Shown here: positions 1 through 13,609 of the stretch, piece by piece
Layout of the letters: each line of letters begins with the position of its first letter
Numbering within the stretch: position 1 is the stretch's first letter
NCBI GenBank assembly: GCA_030390025.1
Contig: CM059432.1
Location: forward strand, 5,890,001-5,954,000
Length of the DNA: 64,000 nt
Direction of reading: 5' to 3'
DNA from: Squalus acanthias
Lineage: Eukaryota
Translations under genes and position numbers: made by a program
The notes under the pieces: model-generated
Told to the model about the DNA's origin: nothing
The model's input: only the letters and a program-made list of their open reading frames with translations
The model's database searches: none

Positions 1-3000
1 ATTGATCGAGTTTTTTGATGAGGTAACAGAGAGGGTTGATGAGGGCAATGCGGTTGATGTGGTGGATATGGACTTCCAAAAGGCGTTTGATAAAGTGCCA
101 CATAATAGGCTTGCCAGCAAGTTGAAGCCCGTGGAATAAAAGGGACAGTGGCAGCATGGATACGAAATTGTATATGTGACAGTAAACAGAGAGTGGTGGT
201 GAAAGGTTGTTTTTCGGACTGGAGGAAGGTATACAGTGGTGTTCCCCAGGGGTCGGTACTAGGACCACTGCTTTTCTTGATATATATTAATGACTTGGAC
301 TTAAGTGTACAGGGCACAATTTCAAAATTTGCAGATGACACAAAACTTGGAAGTATAGTGAACAGGAAAAACTGTAATGGAACAATGGGTGATCTTTAAG
401 GAGGAGATGTTCCAAGTACAGGCTAGGTACATTCCAACAAGAGGCAAGAGTAAGGGGACCAAAGCAAGGGCTCCTTGGATGACGAGGGAGATAGAGAAGA
501 TGATGAAACAAAAAAAAAAGAGGGTGTATGATGAATGTCAGGTGAATTCTTCAAGGGAGAACCAGACCAAATACAATAAGTTGAGAGGGGAAATGAAGAT
601 GAAAATAAGATTGGCAAAGCGAGAATATGAGAGTAGAATGGCGGTTAACATAAAAGGGAACCCAAAAATCTTCTACCAGCATGTAAACAGAAAGCGGGTA
701 GTAAGAGGCAGGGTGGGGCCTATTAGTGACAAAGAAGGTGATATATGCTTAGAGGCACAGCGCAAGGCTAGAATACTAAATGAGTACTTTGTACCGGTGT
801 TTACTAAGGAGGTGGATGTTGACAAAATATCGGTAGAAGTGGAAAAGGTAGAAGCAATGGAAGGGGTGAAAATTGATAGACAGGATGCACTAGAAAGACT
901 GGGTATGCTCAGAGTGGATAAGTCGCCTGATCCAGATGGCTTGCATCCCAGATTGCTAAGGGAATTGGGGGAGGAGATAGCAGAAGAGCTTGCCATAATT
1001 TTCCAATCTTCCCTAGATGCGGGGGAGGTGCCTGAGGATTGGAAAGTGGCAAATGTGACACCATTGTTCAAGAAAGGGTGTAAGGACAATCCTAGTAACT
1101 ACAGGCCGGTCAGTTTAACATCAGTGGTAGGTAAAGTTTTAGAAACAATAATCAAAGAAAAAATTAACGGGCACTTGGAGAGGTTTAAGCTAATTAAGGA
1201 GAGCCAACGCGGATTTGTAAAAGGCAGGTCATGTTTGACTAATCTAATTGAATTTTTTGATGAAGTAACAGGGAGGATTGATGAAGGGAATGCAATGGAT
1301 GTTGTCTACATGGATTTTAGGAAGGCGTTTGACAAAGTACCACATAGAAGGCTGGTTAACAAAATTGAGGCTCATGGAATAGGTGGGTCAGTGGTAGCTT
1401 GGATAAGGAATTGGCTTAAGGACAGAAAACAGCGAGTTGTGGTAAATGGCTGTTTTTCAGACTGAGGGATGGTAGACAGTGGTGTTCCCCAAGGGTTAGT
1501 GCTGGGGCCACTGCTTTTTTTGATATATATATATATATATATAAATGACCTGGATATTGGAATACAGAGTAGAATTTCTAAATTTGCCGATGACACCAAA
1601 CTTGGGGGTGTGGCAAACAGTGAGGATGATACCAATCGACTGCAACAAGACATAGAAAGGCTAGCAGAATGGGCAGACAAGTGGCAGATGGAATTTAATA
1701 CAGAGAAGTGTGAGGTGATACATTTTGGCAGAAGGAACAGGGAGAGGCAATATCCACTTAATGGCACAGTTTTCAAGAATGTGCAGGGACAGAGGGACCT
1801 GGGAGTTAATGTGCATAGGTCCCTGAAGGTGGTGGGACATATTGAGAGAGTGGTTAGCAAAGCATATGGGATCTTGGGCTTCATAAATAGAGGTACTGAG
1901 TACAAAAGTAGAGAAGTTATGCTGAACCTTTATAAAGCGCTGGTTAGGCCACAACTGGAGTATTGCGTCCAGTTCTGGTCACCACACTTTAGGAAGGATG
2001 TGAAGGCACTTGAGAGGGTGCAGAAGAGATTTACCAGAATGGTTCCAGGGATGGGGGATCTTAGCTACAAGGACAGGTTGGAGAAGCTGGATTTGTTTTC
2101 ATTCGAGCAAAGGAGGTTGAGGGGTGAGTTGATAGAGGTGTACAAGGTTATGACGGGTTTGGATAGGCTAGACAGGGAAAGGCTGTTCCCACTAGTTGAT
2201 GGTACAAGGACTAGGGGACACAGATTTAAGGTTTTGGGCAAGAGATACGGGGGAATGTGAGGAAAATCTTTTTTATGCAGCGAGTGGTGAGGACCTGGTA
2301 CTCGCTGCCAATGGAAGTGGTGGAAGCAGAGACACTCAATGTTTTCAAGGGGAGACTGGATAGGCAGTTGAGGGAAATAAACTTATTGGGTTACGGAGAT
2401 AGAGCGGGGGAATGGGACTGACTGGATTACTCAACAGAGGGCCGGCACGGACTAGGTGGGCCGAATGGCCTCCTTCTGTGCCATTATGACTCTATGACTT
2501 ATGACTCTATGATAGACTTCAAGAAGACATAGACAAGCTGGTGAAATGGGCGGACACGTGACAGATGAAGTTTAACGCAGAAAAGTACGAAGTGATACAT
2601 TTTGGTAGGAAGAATGAGGAGAGGCAATATAAACAAAAGAGTACAATGCTAAAGGGAGTGCATGAACAGAGAGACTGGGGGTATATGTGCACAAATTGTT
2701 GAAGGTGACAGGGCAGATTGAGAAAGCAGTTAAAAAAGCATACGAGATACTGGGCTTCATAAATAGAGGCATAGAGTACAAAAGCAAGGAAGTTATGATG
2801 AACCTTTATAAAACACTGGTTCGGCCTCAACTGGAGTATTGTGTCCAATTCTGGGCACCGCACTTTAGGAAGGATGTGAAGGCCTTAGAGAGGGTGCAGA
2901 AAAGATTTACGAGAAGGATTCCAGGAATGAGGGACTTCAGTTACGTGGATAGACTGGAGAAGCTGGGGTTTTTCTCCTTCGAGCAGAGAAGGTTGAGAGG

Positions 3001-3465
3001 ATTTGATAGAGGTATTCAAAATCATGAGGGGTCTAGACAGAGTAGATAGAGAGAAATTGTTCCCATTGGCAGAAGGGTCGAGAACCAGAGGACACAGATT
3101 TCAGGTGATTGGCAAAAGAACCAAAGGCGACATGAGGAAAAACTGTTTTACGCAGTGAGTGGTTAGGATCTGGATTGCACTGCCTGAAAGGGTGGTGGAG
3201 GCAGACTCAATCGTGGCTTTCAAAAGGGAATTGGATAAGTACCTGAGGGGAAAAAATTTGCAGGGCTATAGGGAAAGGGCGGGGAAGTGGGACTAGCTGA
3301 AGTGCTCTTGCAGAGAGCCGATATGGCCTCGACAGGCCGAAATGGCCTCCTTCTGTGCTGTAACCATTCAATGATGGGCCAAATGGCCTCCTTCTGTGCT
3401 GTAACCATTCTATGATGGGCCAAATGGCCTCCTTCTGTGCCGTAAATTTCTATGATTTTATGACT
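1..3465 (+). mobile_element. CR1 LINE RT and 3' end (1-~363 and ~2511-3465), split by a second CR1
   Basis: [19 protein letters not shown] at 148-360 resumes at 2511 (gatagacttcaagaagac). The junction is contiguous in a sister copy near 54700. CR1 3' hairpin and ctatga tail. Confidence 0.9.
364..2510 (+). mobile_element. Nested 5'-truncated CR1 LINE (ORF2 RT with one stop)
   Basis: ORFs 377-1465 and 1469-2260 contain NYRPVSLTS, DF.KAFD.VPH, FADD and RPQLEYCVQFW; tail of atgactct repeats. Confidence 0.92.
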
Positions 3466-3806
3466 ACCATCCAATTGGAATTGTTGCACATTTAACCGAC
3501 TAGCAAACGAGGTTGATAAGCAATTTTGTTTGGGATTAGCAGTTTTTCATTATTTCTTACTTTCAAAATTAGCATCAACTTATATTATCATTATGCTTGG
3601 CAGCAATAACTGTAGTATAATGGTCACTCATGTCCAACAAACTAATTCAATTGGGCCTTTTGTTGGACGTTGCGTTGCTCACAGCAGCTAATCCAATCTC
3701 TCAGCCCATATTGAGCCTGGTGTCAGGAGCTTGCTGGGGGCACAGGAAATTGTGTGTAAGCGGCTCTTCAATTGGTGCCATGGCCACTTGAAGCTAAGAG
3801 GCCACA

Positions 3807-4175
3807 CATAGGAACATAGGGCCAGGAGTAGGCCATTTGATCCCTCGAGCCTGTTCCACCATTCAATTAGATCATGGCTGATCTGTATCTTAACTCCATC
3901 TACCCGCCTTGGTTCCATAACCCTTAATACCCTTACCTAACAAATATCTATCAATCTCAGTTTTTAAATCTTCAATTGACTCTCCCCCACCCCCAGCCTC
4001 AACAGCTTTTTGGAGAATAGAGTTCCAGATCTCCACTACTCTTTGTGTGAAGAAGTGCTTCCTGACATCATACCTGAACGGCCTGGCTCTAATTTTAAGG
4101 TTATTCCCCCTTGTTCTGGACTCCCCACCAGAGGAAATAGTTTCTCTCTATCTGCCCTATCAGCTCCTTTAATCA
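3807..4175 (-). mobile_element. CR1 3' end fragment
   Basis: Reverse-complemented CR1 tail (cataggaacatagg...gagcctgttccaccattcaat) plus C-terminal coding sequence. Confidence 0.8.
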
Positions 4176-6089
4176 TGAGAATAAAAATATTGTTAGCCTT
4201 AATATTTCTCACATATATATTTCATACTTTGCAAAGGCTATTTGGGTAACAAAAACACAGGAGCTAGCACAATAAAGGTGCAGGCAGGAAACAAATTCTG
4301 TGGCCAAGTGATGGAATAGCACAACACTCCAACCCACTGGTGACGTAGAGGTGGTACAGAATGAGGTGGCAGTAGGGTGAGTGGGCCTGCTTGCTACTCC
4401 AAGGCTCTCACCCCACAGGACAGCATTGTAGCAAGCATGGGTGGAGGGGAAAAGAAGGATTTGAGGGTGCAACTGACAATTACTGCCTCTGCTAGTTCCA
4501 GCCCTCTGTTGCATGTCCTTGCAAAAGTGGCACAACTCTGCATCTGGCTGTCTGCTGAAATAATATCAGTGTAGCCAGTTCCGCAATCATTAACAGGCAT
4601 CTCTGCTAACTGTGGTTGGGAGGGTACCGACAGGTGGACAGAGTCTGCCTTTGGTGCAGCCCAATTTGCACTGTACCTTTCCATTGCTCCTCCTCTTTGT
4701 CCAAAAACCACATTGTTCCAATAACATGGATTTTCCAAAACAAATAGCAGTGAAAGAGCAGTTAGCATAAACTCTCAAGACCAACAAACTGAAAATAGGA
4801 AAGAAATAAAAGCAATTCAAGAGGTTCAGGAAGTCTCAAAGTGCTGCTACAAATCTTACTATTGGACTGTTTAAATGAACTTCCACAAACAGCATATCTC
4901 AGCAGCCCTGAGTGCCCACTTTGTATAAGGGCGGATAGATGACTGAGCGTTATACTGACGTAAATCCCAGGAACTGCGTGAACATCAAAATGTCATCAAT
5001 GCCTAACTTTAACATAATTAACTATAAACTGGCAGGAACTTCTGGCACCAGAACAAAAACTAATTGGAGCATCAATTTAGCAGAAATCGGCTTTAATGGA
5101 TGCCATTAATTTTCCAATTGATTCGAATCACCTTATGCTGCAACTAAGTGGAAAATTTACCTGAGGCTGTATAATCACAAAGCAGTATTTAGAAACCACG
5201 CAATAAATCACCACACAAAAAAAAAATTCATTACAAATCAGATTATACTGCCTCTCCATGTTGTTCCTCCCAAAGTGCATCACTTCACACTTATCTGCAT
5301 TAATTGCATCTGCCGTGTGTCTGCCCATTTCACCAGTCTGTCTATGTCCTCCTGAAGTCTGCTACTCTCCTCCTCACGAGTTACTACTAATAGCTGCCAT
5401 CCTGCTGATCCGTGGGGCCAAACATCCAGGCCCCAAAGAAATGGTGATGGCTGAAGTCCGCCTGCCCGATACTGCCGTCTCTCAACACAGCAACATGCCA
5501 GACCTCCAGCTCTTCCCCGTCAGAGCAGCACAGCAGTGGAATGTGGGGCACGTTACCAGGTTGCCAAAGAGCACGCTCCAGAAATGCAGAAGCTCTACGA
5601 CAGGAACAACCCAAGACGAGGGCCATCTCAGTCCTATGACCTTTCTGTACAGCAAGAGCAGCCAATCACTTTGTGCAATCCTGGCCCTCAGGTTGCACCT
5701 AGGAGACACTAGAACAGGTGAAAGAAGAGCACATGTAGCCACCCAGGGGAAATACAACGTTAATAAAGAGTATGGTTGGCTTGTGTTCGCTGGACTTCAC
5801 TGGATTAAAATAGAATATGCACTGACACGGCACTTTGTTATTCATAAAGGTTACAGTCATACAGGAAAGAGTGCTCTATATGGGTGCTGACTTATTTACT
5901 CAGGTAATGATTATTGCATGCGCATGTAGGAGCAAAGAGGGTTTTATGTGTTGTCATGTTGTGGGATGGGTAGTGGATTGGGTTGACAGTCCCGTTATTG
6001 GAAAGTGGAGGAAAAGGAGATACGGTGGTGGTATCAAAGGCAGACTGTGTTACACAGAAGAGAAGCCTTGAGTGATGAAATGTGCTCTG

Positions 6090-6800
6090 ATGTCCCTTGC
6101 ACCAGCCACTGAGCAGTTCTCTGACTATTGGTCATCATGATGTTCTCCGCTATGTAGTTCTGGAGCCAACGGAGCCAAGGTCTCCTAGGCTGCAATGTCA
6201 ATGGCTAGCCCTTCTGGAATGGCGAAATTGTGAAGGGGAGGCTACAACTACACACATTCTGAAGCGTACTCTTACTGGAGTTATTATCCATGGGAGCAAG
6301 GTAGGCTTCATCACCCAGAAGCCATTCACTGATGTCTTCCCTGAAGCAGTGAGGGAGGGTTAAATTTCACAGTATGAAGGCATTATGACAACTTCCAGCT
6401 ATTCGGGCAGTAGCATGGAGGATCTTCTGCTTGTTGTCACACACAATCTTCACACGGAGTATTGAAGCCCTTGTTGAGGCAGTTGAGAGGATGTTCTATG
6501 GGAGCACTCAAGGCAATGTGGACCCTGAAGCCAGCAACCCTGTAAAAGTAGTTCACCCTATCTCACTGCTGCCTTGTTGTAATGACAAAAGGTGATGAAT
6601 TCACCTGCTCTCCTGCAAAGCACGTCAGTAATCTGACAAATCCATGCTGTACTGCTGCCTGGCTGATATTGCACAGGGTGCCTGAAAGGAGCCTGTGTCA
6701 CAAAAGTTGAGGGTAGTGGTCATCTTCATAGGCAGAGAGAGAGAGAGAGAGAGAGCAGATGACTGTGGCTGTCGGTCCTCTTGTCGTGGGTGACAGAGCT
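6090..6800 (-). mobile_element. Decayed PIF/Harbinger (HARBI1-like) DDE transposase; element probably extends ~4250-7510
   Basis: Minus-strand fragments LPMKMTTTLNFCDTGSFQ, VKIVCDNKQKILHATARIAGSCHNAFIL and EWLLGDEAY match Harbinger motifs (ALNF.A.GSFQ, VCD...PGS.HDAFIL, WLLGD.GY), with stops and frameshifts. Confidence 0.75.
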
Positions 6801-7656
6801 GCCCTACTACCTCTTTGGTAAAGTATACTATTCTTATGCACAACTTCCTAGAAAGGTCCTTCTATGATCTGTGTTGCCTATGTATTTTATAAAAGGGGAC
6901 AATATCTGGTAGGCTGCGTCCTCCTCAAATGTTGTCTGATTCTCCTTTGCTCCAACCTTTACTGCCGCTCCTCCTGCTCCATGCTAATGGCATACGAGGG
7001 CACACCCATAGGGAATCCCATACGTGCTTCAGAGAAGCCCTCACTGTGGGTAGGGGGTGGGTGAAAATCTGCCAATAGTCTGGCCCTGTCAGAAGCAAGT
7101 CCAGGTGTCTGTAGGCAGAGTGTCAAAAAAAATACACTTTGAAAATCATTTCCTAGCTAAAGATGTCTTGTGTGTCAGGAACTTCTCACTTCCACTATGA
7201 TCAACTGATGTTGGCAGCTGCTGCATATTATCAATCTCAGTCTACATTACCTGCAGTGCATCTGGAGTATAAAACCAGGGAATTGGGAGCTGCAGAGCCA
7301 CTGGCCCCTCCTTTGACATAGACAAATGAGGTCAGTCAGGACTTGGTGGGCAGATTGAGGAAAGGGTCACAAAGTGCGACAACGCAGGAGAGTGTGCTGA
7401 TCGTATACATCGGACTGAAACAGCTTCATTCCAATGCTACTGCCTAAAAATAATTCCTATACCGTTTATACACAGGTGTTGCGCTGAAAATGATGGGGAA
7501 ATTAAGCCCCATTATTTCTAAAGATCATACCTGCTGGATTGTGACTATCTCCATTTAATTAAGCTCAGGCCATATTAATTCACGTTGTCTTGATATAACT
7601 GTTCAGGTTCACATACTGCAGACTCCAACATCAGCTGAACTGGACATGAAGTCCTC

Positions 7657-8223
7657 ATAGAATCATAGAAATTTACGGCACAGAAGGAGGCCATTCGGCC
7701 CATCATGTCCGTGCCGGCCGAAAAAGAGCTATCCAACCTAATCCCACTTCCCAGCTCTTGGTCCGTAGCCCTGTAGGTTTCGCAACTTCAAGTGAATATC
7801 CAAGTACTTTTTAAATGCGATGAGGGTTTTTGCCTCTACTACCCTTTCAGGCAATGAGTTCCAGAGCCCCACCCACCCTCTGGGTGAAAAAAGTTCTCAA
7901 CTCCCCTCTAATCCTTCGACCAATTACTTTAAATCTATGCCCCTGGTTATTGACCTCTCTGCTAAGGGAAATAGGTCCTTCCCATCCACTCTATCTAGGC
8001 TTCTCATAATTTTATACACCTCAATTAAGTATCCCCTCAGCCTCCTCTGTTCCAAAGAAAACAACCACAGCCTATCCAATCGTTCTTCATAGCAAAAATT
8101 CTCCACTCCTGGCAACATCCTCGTAAATCTCCTCTGTACCATCTCTAGTGCAATCACACCTTTCCTGTAATGTGGTGGCCAGAACTATACGCAGTACCCT
8201 AGCTGTGGCCTAACTAGTGTTTT
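7657..8223 (-). mobile_element. CR1 3' fragment
   Basis: ORF 7924-8157 ALEMVQRRFTRMLPG...LFSLEQRRLRG and catagaat tail. Confidence 0.88.
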
Positions 8224-8606
8224 AACTGTTGCCGGCCTGTGTTTTTGTCATTGGGAAGAGATTGAGACCCAAGGCTGTGCAGGGATTACCACAGTAATGT
8301 CTCCCTACACAAGAAATGTGAAGCAATACTGTGATAAAGCACTTTAAAGGGTGAAAAGCATCTCTGAAAGTACAGAACAAATTGAGCAAAAGTGGCTGCC
8401 TCACTGGAGATTTTCAGCAATAAATATAGGCAAGCAGTGAAAAATGCAATGTGACAAAATGGGGAGATTCTGCATTTTATTTCAAACAGTTTTGAAGTAG
8501 CTAAGAGTTCAAATGAAAGCTGTCTTCCTTTACCCAAGTTCTAAATGAAGGCTCATAGATAAATAGTTTATAAGAAACAGTGAGATTGATTGAACAGAAA
8601 ATCATA

Positions 8607-9308
8607 GAGGGTGTGATTTTGGTCTCTCAAACGTGGCATTTTGTGGTGCGAACATGGCGGTAGCGAGACCAAAATGGCAATTGAATACTTGCCTGCTTCC
8701 AATTCAGGTTCAAGCCTTCAAACACGCCCAGAAACAGGCAGAACCTCATTATTATATGCAAATCAGGGTCCTAGGATGCACACAGGATTCCAATGCAATT
8801 TTGATGGGAAAACACACTGTGCCCACGTTCTGAAAGCCCTGCCCACTAGACCGTAGTGGAACGTGGCCAAAAACCAGCATGCCTTAAAGGGATCATAGGA
8901 GGCTGCTGAAAAAATGGATGCTGCATGCTTTTTGGAGCAATATCTGGGAGCCGAGATGAGCATAGTAGCTCTTCTTGCGCCCCCCACCCCCCACAAAAAA
9001 ATGTTCCAATACACTTATGCACCTCCAGCTGCCCTACCCAGAGTGGCCCGGCCCTCCATTTCAAGTCGAAACTGCCAGTTCGGCTCCACAGATGGGCCAC
9101 CCGATGTATCACCCCCCACCCCCCCCCCCACCCTATCATCAGCAAGCTGCATATCAGCACTGGAAATGCACAAACAACTCGCTTGTCATATTTAAATGAG
9201 GCCCAACCATCAAAATGGTTCAGGCCTCCCACTGGTGACAGCAGGTGGGCATCCTGATCACTCCACCCACCATCTGCCCAATGTCCGCTAGGTATCGAAA
9301 TTGTCCCC
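8607..9308. mobile_element. Old Harbinger-type MITE
   Basis: Degenerate termini gggtgtgatttt / gaaattgtcccc resemble the other MITEs in this window. Confidence 0.45.
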
Positions 9309-10109
9309 AGCGGCTAATTAAATGCTCAAGATTAAATTCTACATGGTCAAAGCATTAATGGGTTCCCAAAAACCAGATAGTATGTGAGCAACTGCTCATC
9401 AGTGTCCTGTACACTAGTCTTTGATCATGGATGATTGACAACTCTGACTTCAGGGGCTTTGGGATCGTCTAAGTTCTGGAGATTTCTCCCATGGTTGTTA
9501 AATTCTGCCAAAAGATCTGAACTGTACGGTTAACTGGAAATTCATGGCATCCATGTGCATCATCATACCGTGAAGATCGATGAAAGACTGTTTCATTCAA
9601 AAGTCCCGCCATGTATATAGCTGCGCAAGAACTATGTTCTAAGATTGTTTTATCTTCTTAAGGACTAGTTTCAGTTTTATTGTTTCTAAGAATTGTGTTG
9701 ACTAAGTATCTTGCTGTATCATTCCACTTCTGTGTATTAATTAACCTGTAACTAAATCTGATCAAGTATCTTTAGCTGAAACACACTGGTCTATCAGTGT
9801 GGGTTTTTTTTGCCTTTGGGGAGAGACAGATGATGATGGTGGGTATCCCACTTGATTTCCAGTGTATTACATATTGAAGTAAGGGGTAACTGGTAGACAT
9901 GAGATACCATATACAGCTCGTATATGTGCCATGTACTAAACTTCTGGCGCAGGTTTCGGATTATACAAGACTCAGTCTGCTAATGGAAAGCAAACTATTG
10001 ATGTAAACACAAGACAAAGGTTTAACTGTAACACTATCCTTTGTTCATCTAGACAGGTTGGAACTCAGAATCAGTTAATTAAACTTATTGAACCATTAAA
10101 TTAACTGAT

Positions 10110-11440
10110 TAAAATACATATTCAACACCACCCCCTTGGCCTCGTCATCTCCCACTGCCTGCCTACACCCGTGGTCTCGATCACAGGCAAGGCCATCTCC
10201 AACCAGTTCCTTGTACTTCACCAGTCACATCTCTCCAATCAGGTTTCTGACCCTCCCACACCAAAGCCACAAATGACATTATCTGTGACCTTCATTATCC
10301 TCTCTGCAGCCTCTGACATGGTCGACTACACCATCCTCCTCCCACCTCTCCTCCATTGTCCAGTTCAATGGGAATTCCCTCGTTTGGTTCCACTCTTACC
10401 TATCCAAATGTAGCCAAAGCATCTCCAGCAATGGGTTTTCCTCCTGCCCCTGCACTGTTATCTCCAGAGTCTTCCAAGAATCCTCCTTGTTTCCTTCCCC
10501 AGCGTCATCTACATGTTGCCCCTTGGTGACATAATCCGCAGAGATGGGGTCAGCTTCCACATGTTTACTGATGACACCTAGCTCAACCTCTCGACCATCT
10601 CTCAACCCCGCCACTCTGTGCTGTCAAACTGCTTTTCTAACTTCCGTCTTTGACGAGTTGCAATTTCCTCCAGCTAAACGTTGAGAAGACCAAAGCCATC
10701 GTCTTCGGGCCCTGCCACAAACTCAGCACCCTTACCAGTGACTCTATCCCCCTCCCCGCACTGCCTCAGACGGAACCACACTGCTCAGAAAATCGATGCC
10801 CTATTTGACCCGGAGTTAAGCTTCCAACCCCATATCCTCTCCATCACAAAGACTGCCTACTTCCACATGCACAACATTGCCCATCTCCAGACTTGACTAT
10901 TCCACTGCTCCCCGGCCGGTCTCCTATCCTCCACCCTCCGTAATGTTAAGCTCATCAAAAACTCTGCTGCCCACCTCCTATTCCGCTCCATCTTCTCTGT
11001 CCTCCCTGATCCACACTTGCTCGCAGTTCTCCCAATGCCTCAAATTTTAAGTCATCATCCTCGCGTTTATAAATTCCTTCATGGCTTGCCCATATCTCTG
11101 TAACCTCATCCAGAATTACAATCCACTCAAACTCTCCGTTCCTCTGCCTTTGGTCTCTTGTGCATCCCCCTCTCCCTTTGCCCCACCACTTGGTAGCTGT
11201 GCCTCCAGTCTGGTTCCACTCGGCTCTACAATCTGGAATTCCCTTCCTAAATCTGTTCACCTCCCTTTCTTCTTTTAAGAGCCTCCTTAAAACACACCTC
11301 TTTGCTAAACTTTTAGCTCATCCGTCCGAATATCTCCTCCTCTGGCTTGGCGTCCTTTTATTTTGTCATTACACCTTTGTGAAGTGCTTTGGGACATTAT
11401 TATGTGATAAGGGCACTAAATAAATGTAAATTGTTGTAAA
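10110..11440 (+). mobile_element. Decayed L2 LINE ending ~60 bp from the STK3 exon donor
   Basis: LSAASDMVDYTILL (LSAAFD.VDH motif) and L2 tail gtgaagtgctttgggac...taaatgtaaattgttg. Confidence 0.8.
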
Positions 11441-11500
11441 AAATGACCATCAGTCTGAAATATTCAGCTCTTTTACTTAAAGAAAATGCATTTTTCTTAC

Positions 11501-11690
11501 TTTTCATGGTTCCATCTTCTTCATCTTCGTCACTGTTAATCACCATGGTCCCCAGGTCTGACTCTAACATAGTACTGTTGTGCTCAATCATGGTTTGGGC
11601 TCCTTCACTCATGGTACTGGTTGCCCTCATGGTGCCAGTGGTTGCACGACTAGTCTTCATCATGGTGTAAGAATCCACCTCATCTTCATC
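11501..11690 (-). CDS. STK3: STK3/MST2 next coding exon (caspase site and Thr-Met linker), 190 bp, phase 0-1
   Basis: Translates DEDEVDSYTMMKTSRATTGTMRATSTMSEGAQTMIEHNSTMLESDLGTMVINSDEDEEDGTMK, typical of MST2 rather than MST1. Acceptor ttctgcag, donor gtaaga, in frame with the upstream exon (ENS|DEDE). Confidence 0.96.
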
Positions 11691-12661
11691 CTGCAGAATG
11701 CACAAAACATTAGCAATAAGTAGGCATGGTTGCCTGGAATTTTTGCGGATCTTTGATGGCAGATCAGCAGAAACCGGATAGAAATGGCTACTTACACCAT
11801 TTCTCAGGAATTTCCACTGTTCTTTTGCTGAAATAACAGTGAGAGAATGGGGAATCCCTGCAGAAATTCTACCTGGATAATTTCATTCTTTTAAGAAAAA
11901 AAACTTTTGAAAATGAAAATGTATTTTTTTTTAACTCAAAGTTAAATCACGTTACGTTACATAAACAGAACATTTGTGTGATGTTGCTTTCAATTTAATT
12001 AGCAGTCATGGGAAAGAAGCATAAAACGCACAATACTTTTTCTTGGCACAAAATCACCAAAAGGTTCAGGTGAAAATAGTTGAGAACTATACACAAATTT
12101 ATCCAAAGAACTGTCATTATCTGTAACTATGTCCGCCAACAAATCTTCAGGTCTTATCAGAAATTGAACATTTACAAAGTCAGAATGTAGAAGCTGTCAT
12201 GAATTTTTTTTTAGTGTAAATGACCTTAAATTCTTTGCCAGATTTTTCAAAATCTAGTAAGTTTTACAGTAATCAGTTTGGCCAACTTGAAATAGTATCC
12301 CTTTCCGTGTGTTATATTTGGAATTGAAGCTAACCACCACATTCCTAAATAATCACTAGCATATAGCAGGGAAATAATGAATGGCACAAGCAGCAGATAC
12401 ATTAAGAAAGTACAATTTCTTCTACTAGAGAAAAAAAACCTACTGACAGATTAGCTAGTCTTTGATTTTGGCATTCATTTCCTTATTCCTTCTTTTATTG
12501 ACGAGTTTCAGCAAAAACTGCCCATATGTTTTATAATGCTCCTTAAACCGGGCATTCTGTAGATGCAGTGGATTTGCCTACTTAAACAATCAATTCAATT
12601 TATTGCATGAATTGTTTTGAGGCATTTTGATGTGAAAGCTGATATGAAAATGCAAATTTTA

Positions 12662-12965
12662 TAAGAACATAAAAATTAGGAGCAGGATTAGGCCACATGG
12701 CCCCTCGAGCCTGCTCCGCCATTTAATAAGATCATGGCTGATCTTCGACCTCAACTCCACTTCCCCGCCCAATCTCCATATTACTTGATTCCCCTAGAAT
12801 CCAAAAATCAATCTATCTCAGCCTTGAATATACTCAACGACTCAGCATCCACAGCCCTTTGGGATAGAGATTCACAACCCTCTGAGTGAAGAAATTCCTC
12901 CTCATCTTAAATGGCCAACCCCTCATCCTGAGACTATGCCCCCTAGTTCTAGACTCTCCAGCTAG
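12662..12965 (-). mobile_element. CR1 3' end
   Basis: taagaacataa tail and hairpin ggcccctcgagcctgctccgccatt. Confidence 0.8.
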
Positions 12966-13609
12966 GTGATATTATTTTTAACTGTTTTAAATTGTTAAAA
13001 TAAATACTACAAACATAAAAATCTTACATTTCTCCAGCTATTATTGGAGCAAACTTCTCCATGATGAAGGAAACATAATTGGTGAAACTTGATAAATTTC
13101 TCGTAATTCCATTTACAGAAAATTCTAAATTCCTAATCTTGTTTGGTGCACCTATGTGAAAACAGATACTTAAGAGTTTCTTATAAGGTTATAAAACAGT
13201 TAAGGTTCAAATGATAACACAAAACACAAGTAGATGATCCAGGGGATTGTTCGCAATGTTAAAAGAAACAGAGAAACTAAAAACGGAGAAGTGAGAGTAA
13301 AATAAAGCATTAGTGAGCAATAATGTTATTAAAAGGTAGTGTTCAGATCGAGTCTATGGATTGAAATGAAAAATATTAAGGTTTGCAGAAGTAATAGAGC
13401 TGCAATAATAAGGGATTTTAACTGTTAATTAGACAGGAAAGTTGGCTGATAAAACAGCAGATGAGCAATCGGAAATAATTAAGGATGAAGTGAGTAGTGT
13501 GTAGCCTAAACATACTGTGACCACGAGTAAAGGGTTGTGGCAAAGGCCTGAGTTCCTTGGATGATTAATTCAAAAATAAAGTATAAGAAGGAGGCTATTA
13601 ATACAGTAT

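Noticed and set aside
1523..1542. IYIYIY insertion in the CR1 RT
   Set aside because: Simple (TA)n slippage in a dead copy.
5258..5890. 210-aa ORF
   Set aside because: Chimera of an antisense CR1 fragment and probable decayed transposon sequence; no coherent domain.
1..11500. Further STK3 exons (SARAH-side, and kinase exons beyond 52444)
   Set aside because: No matching peptides were recognised in the window; they presumably lie outside it.
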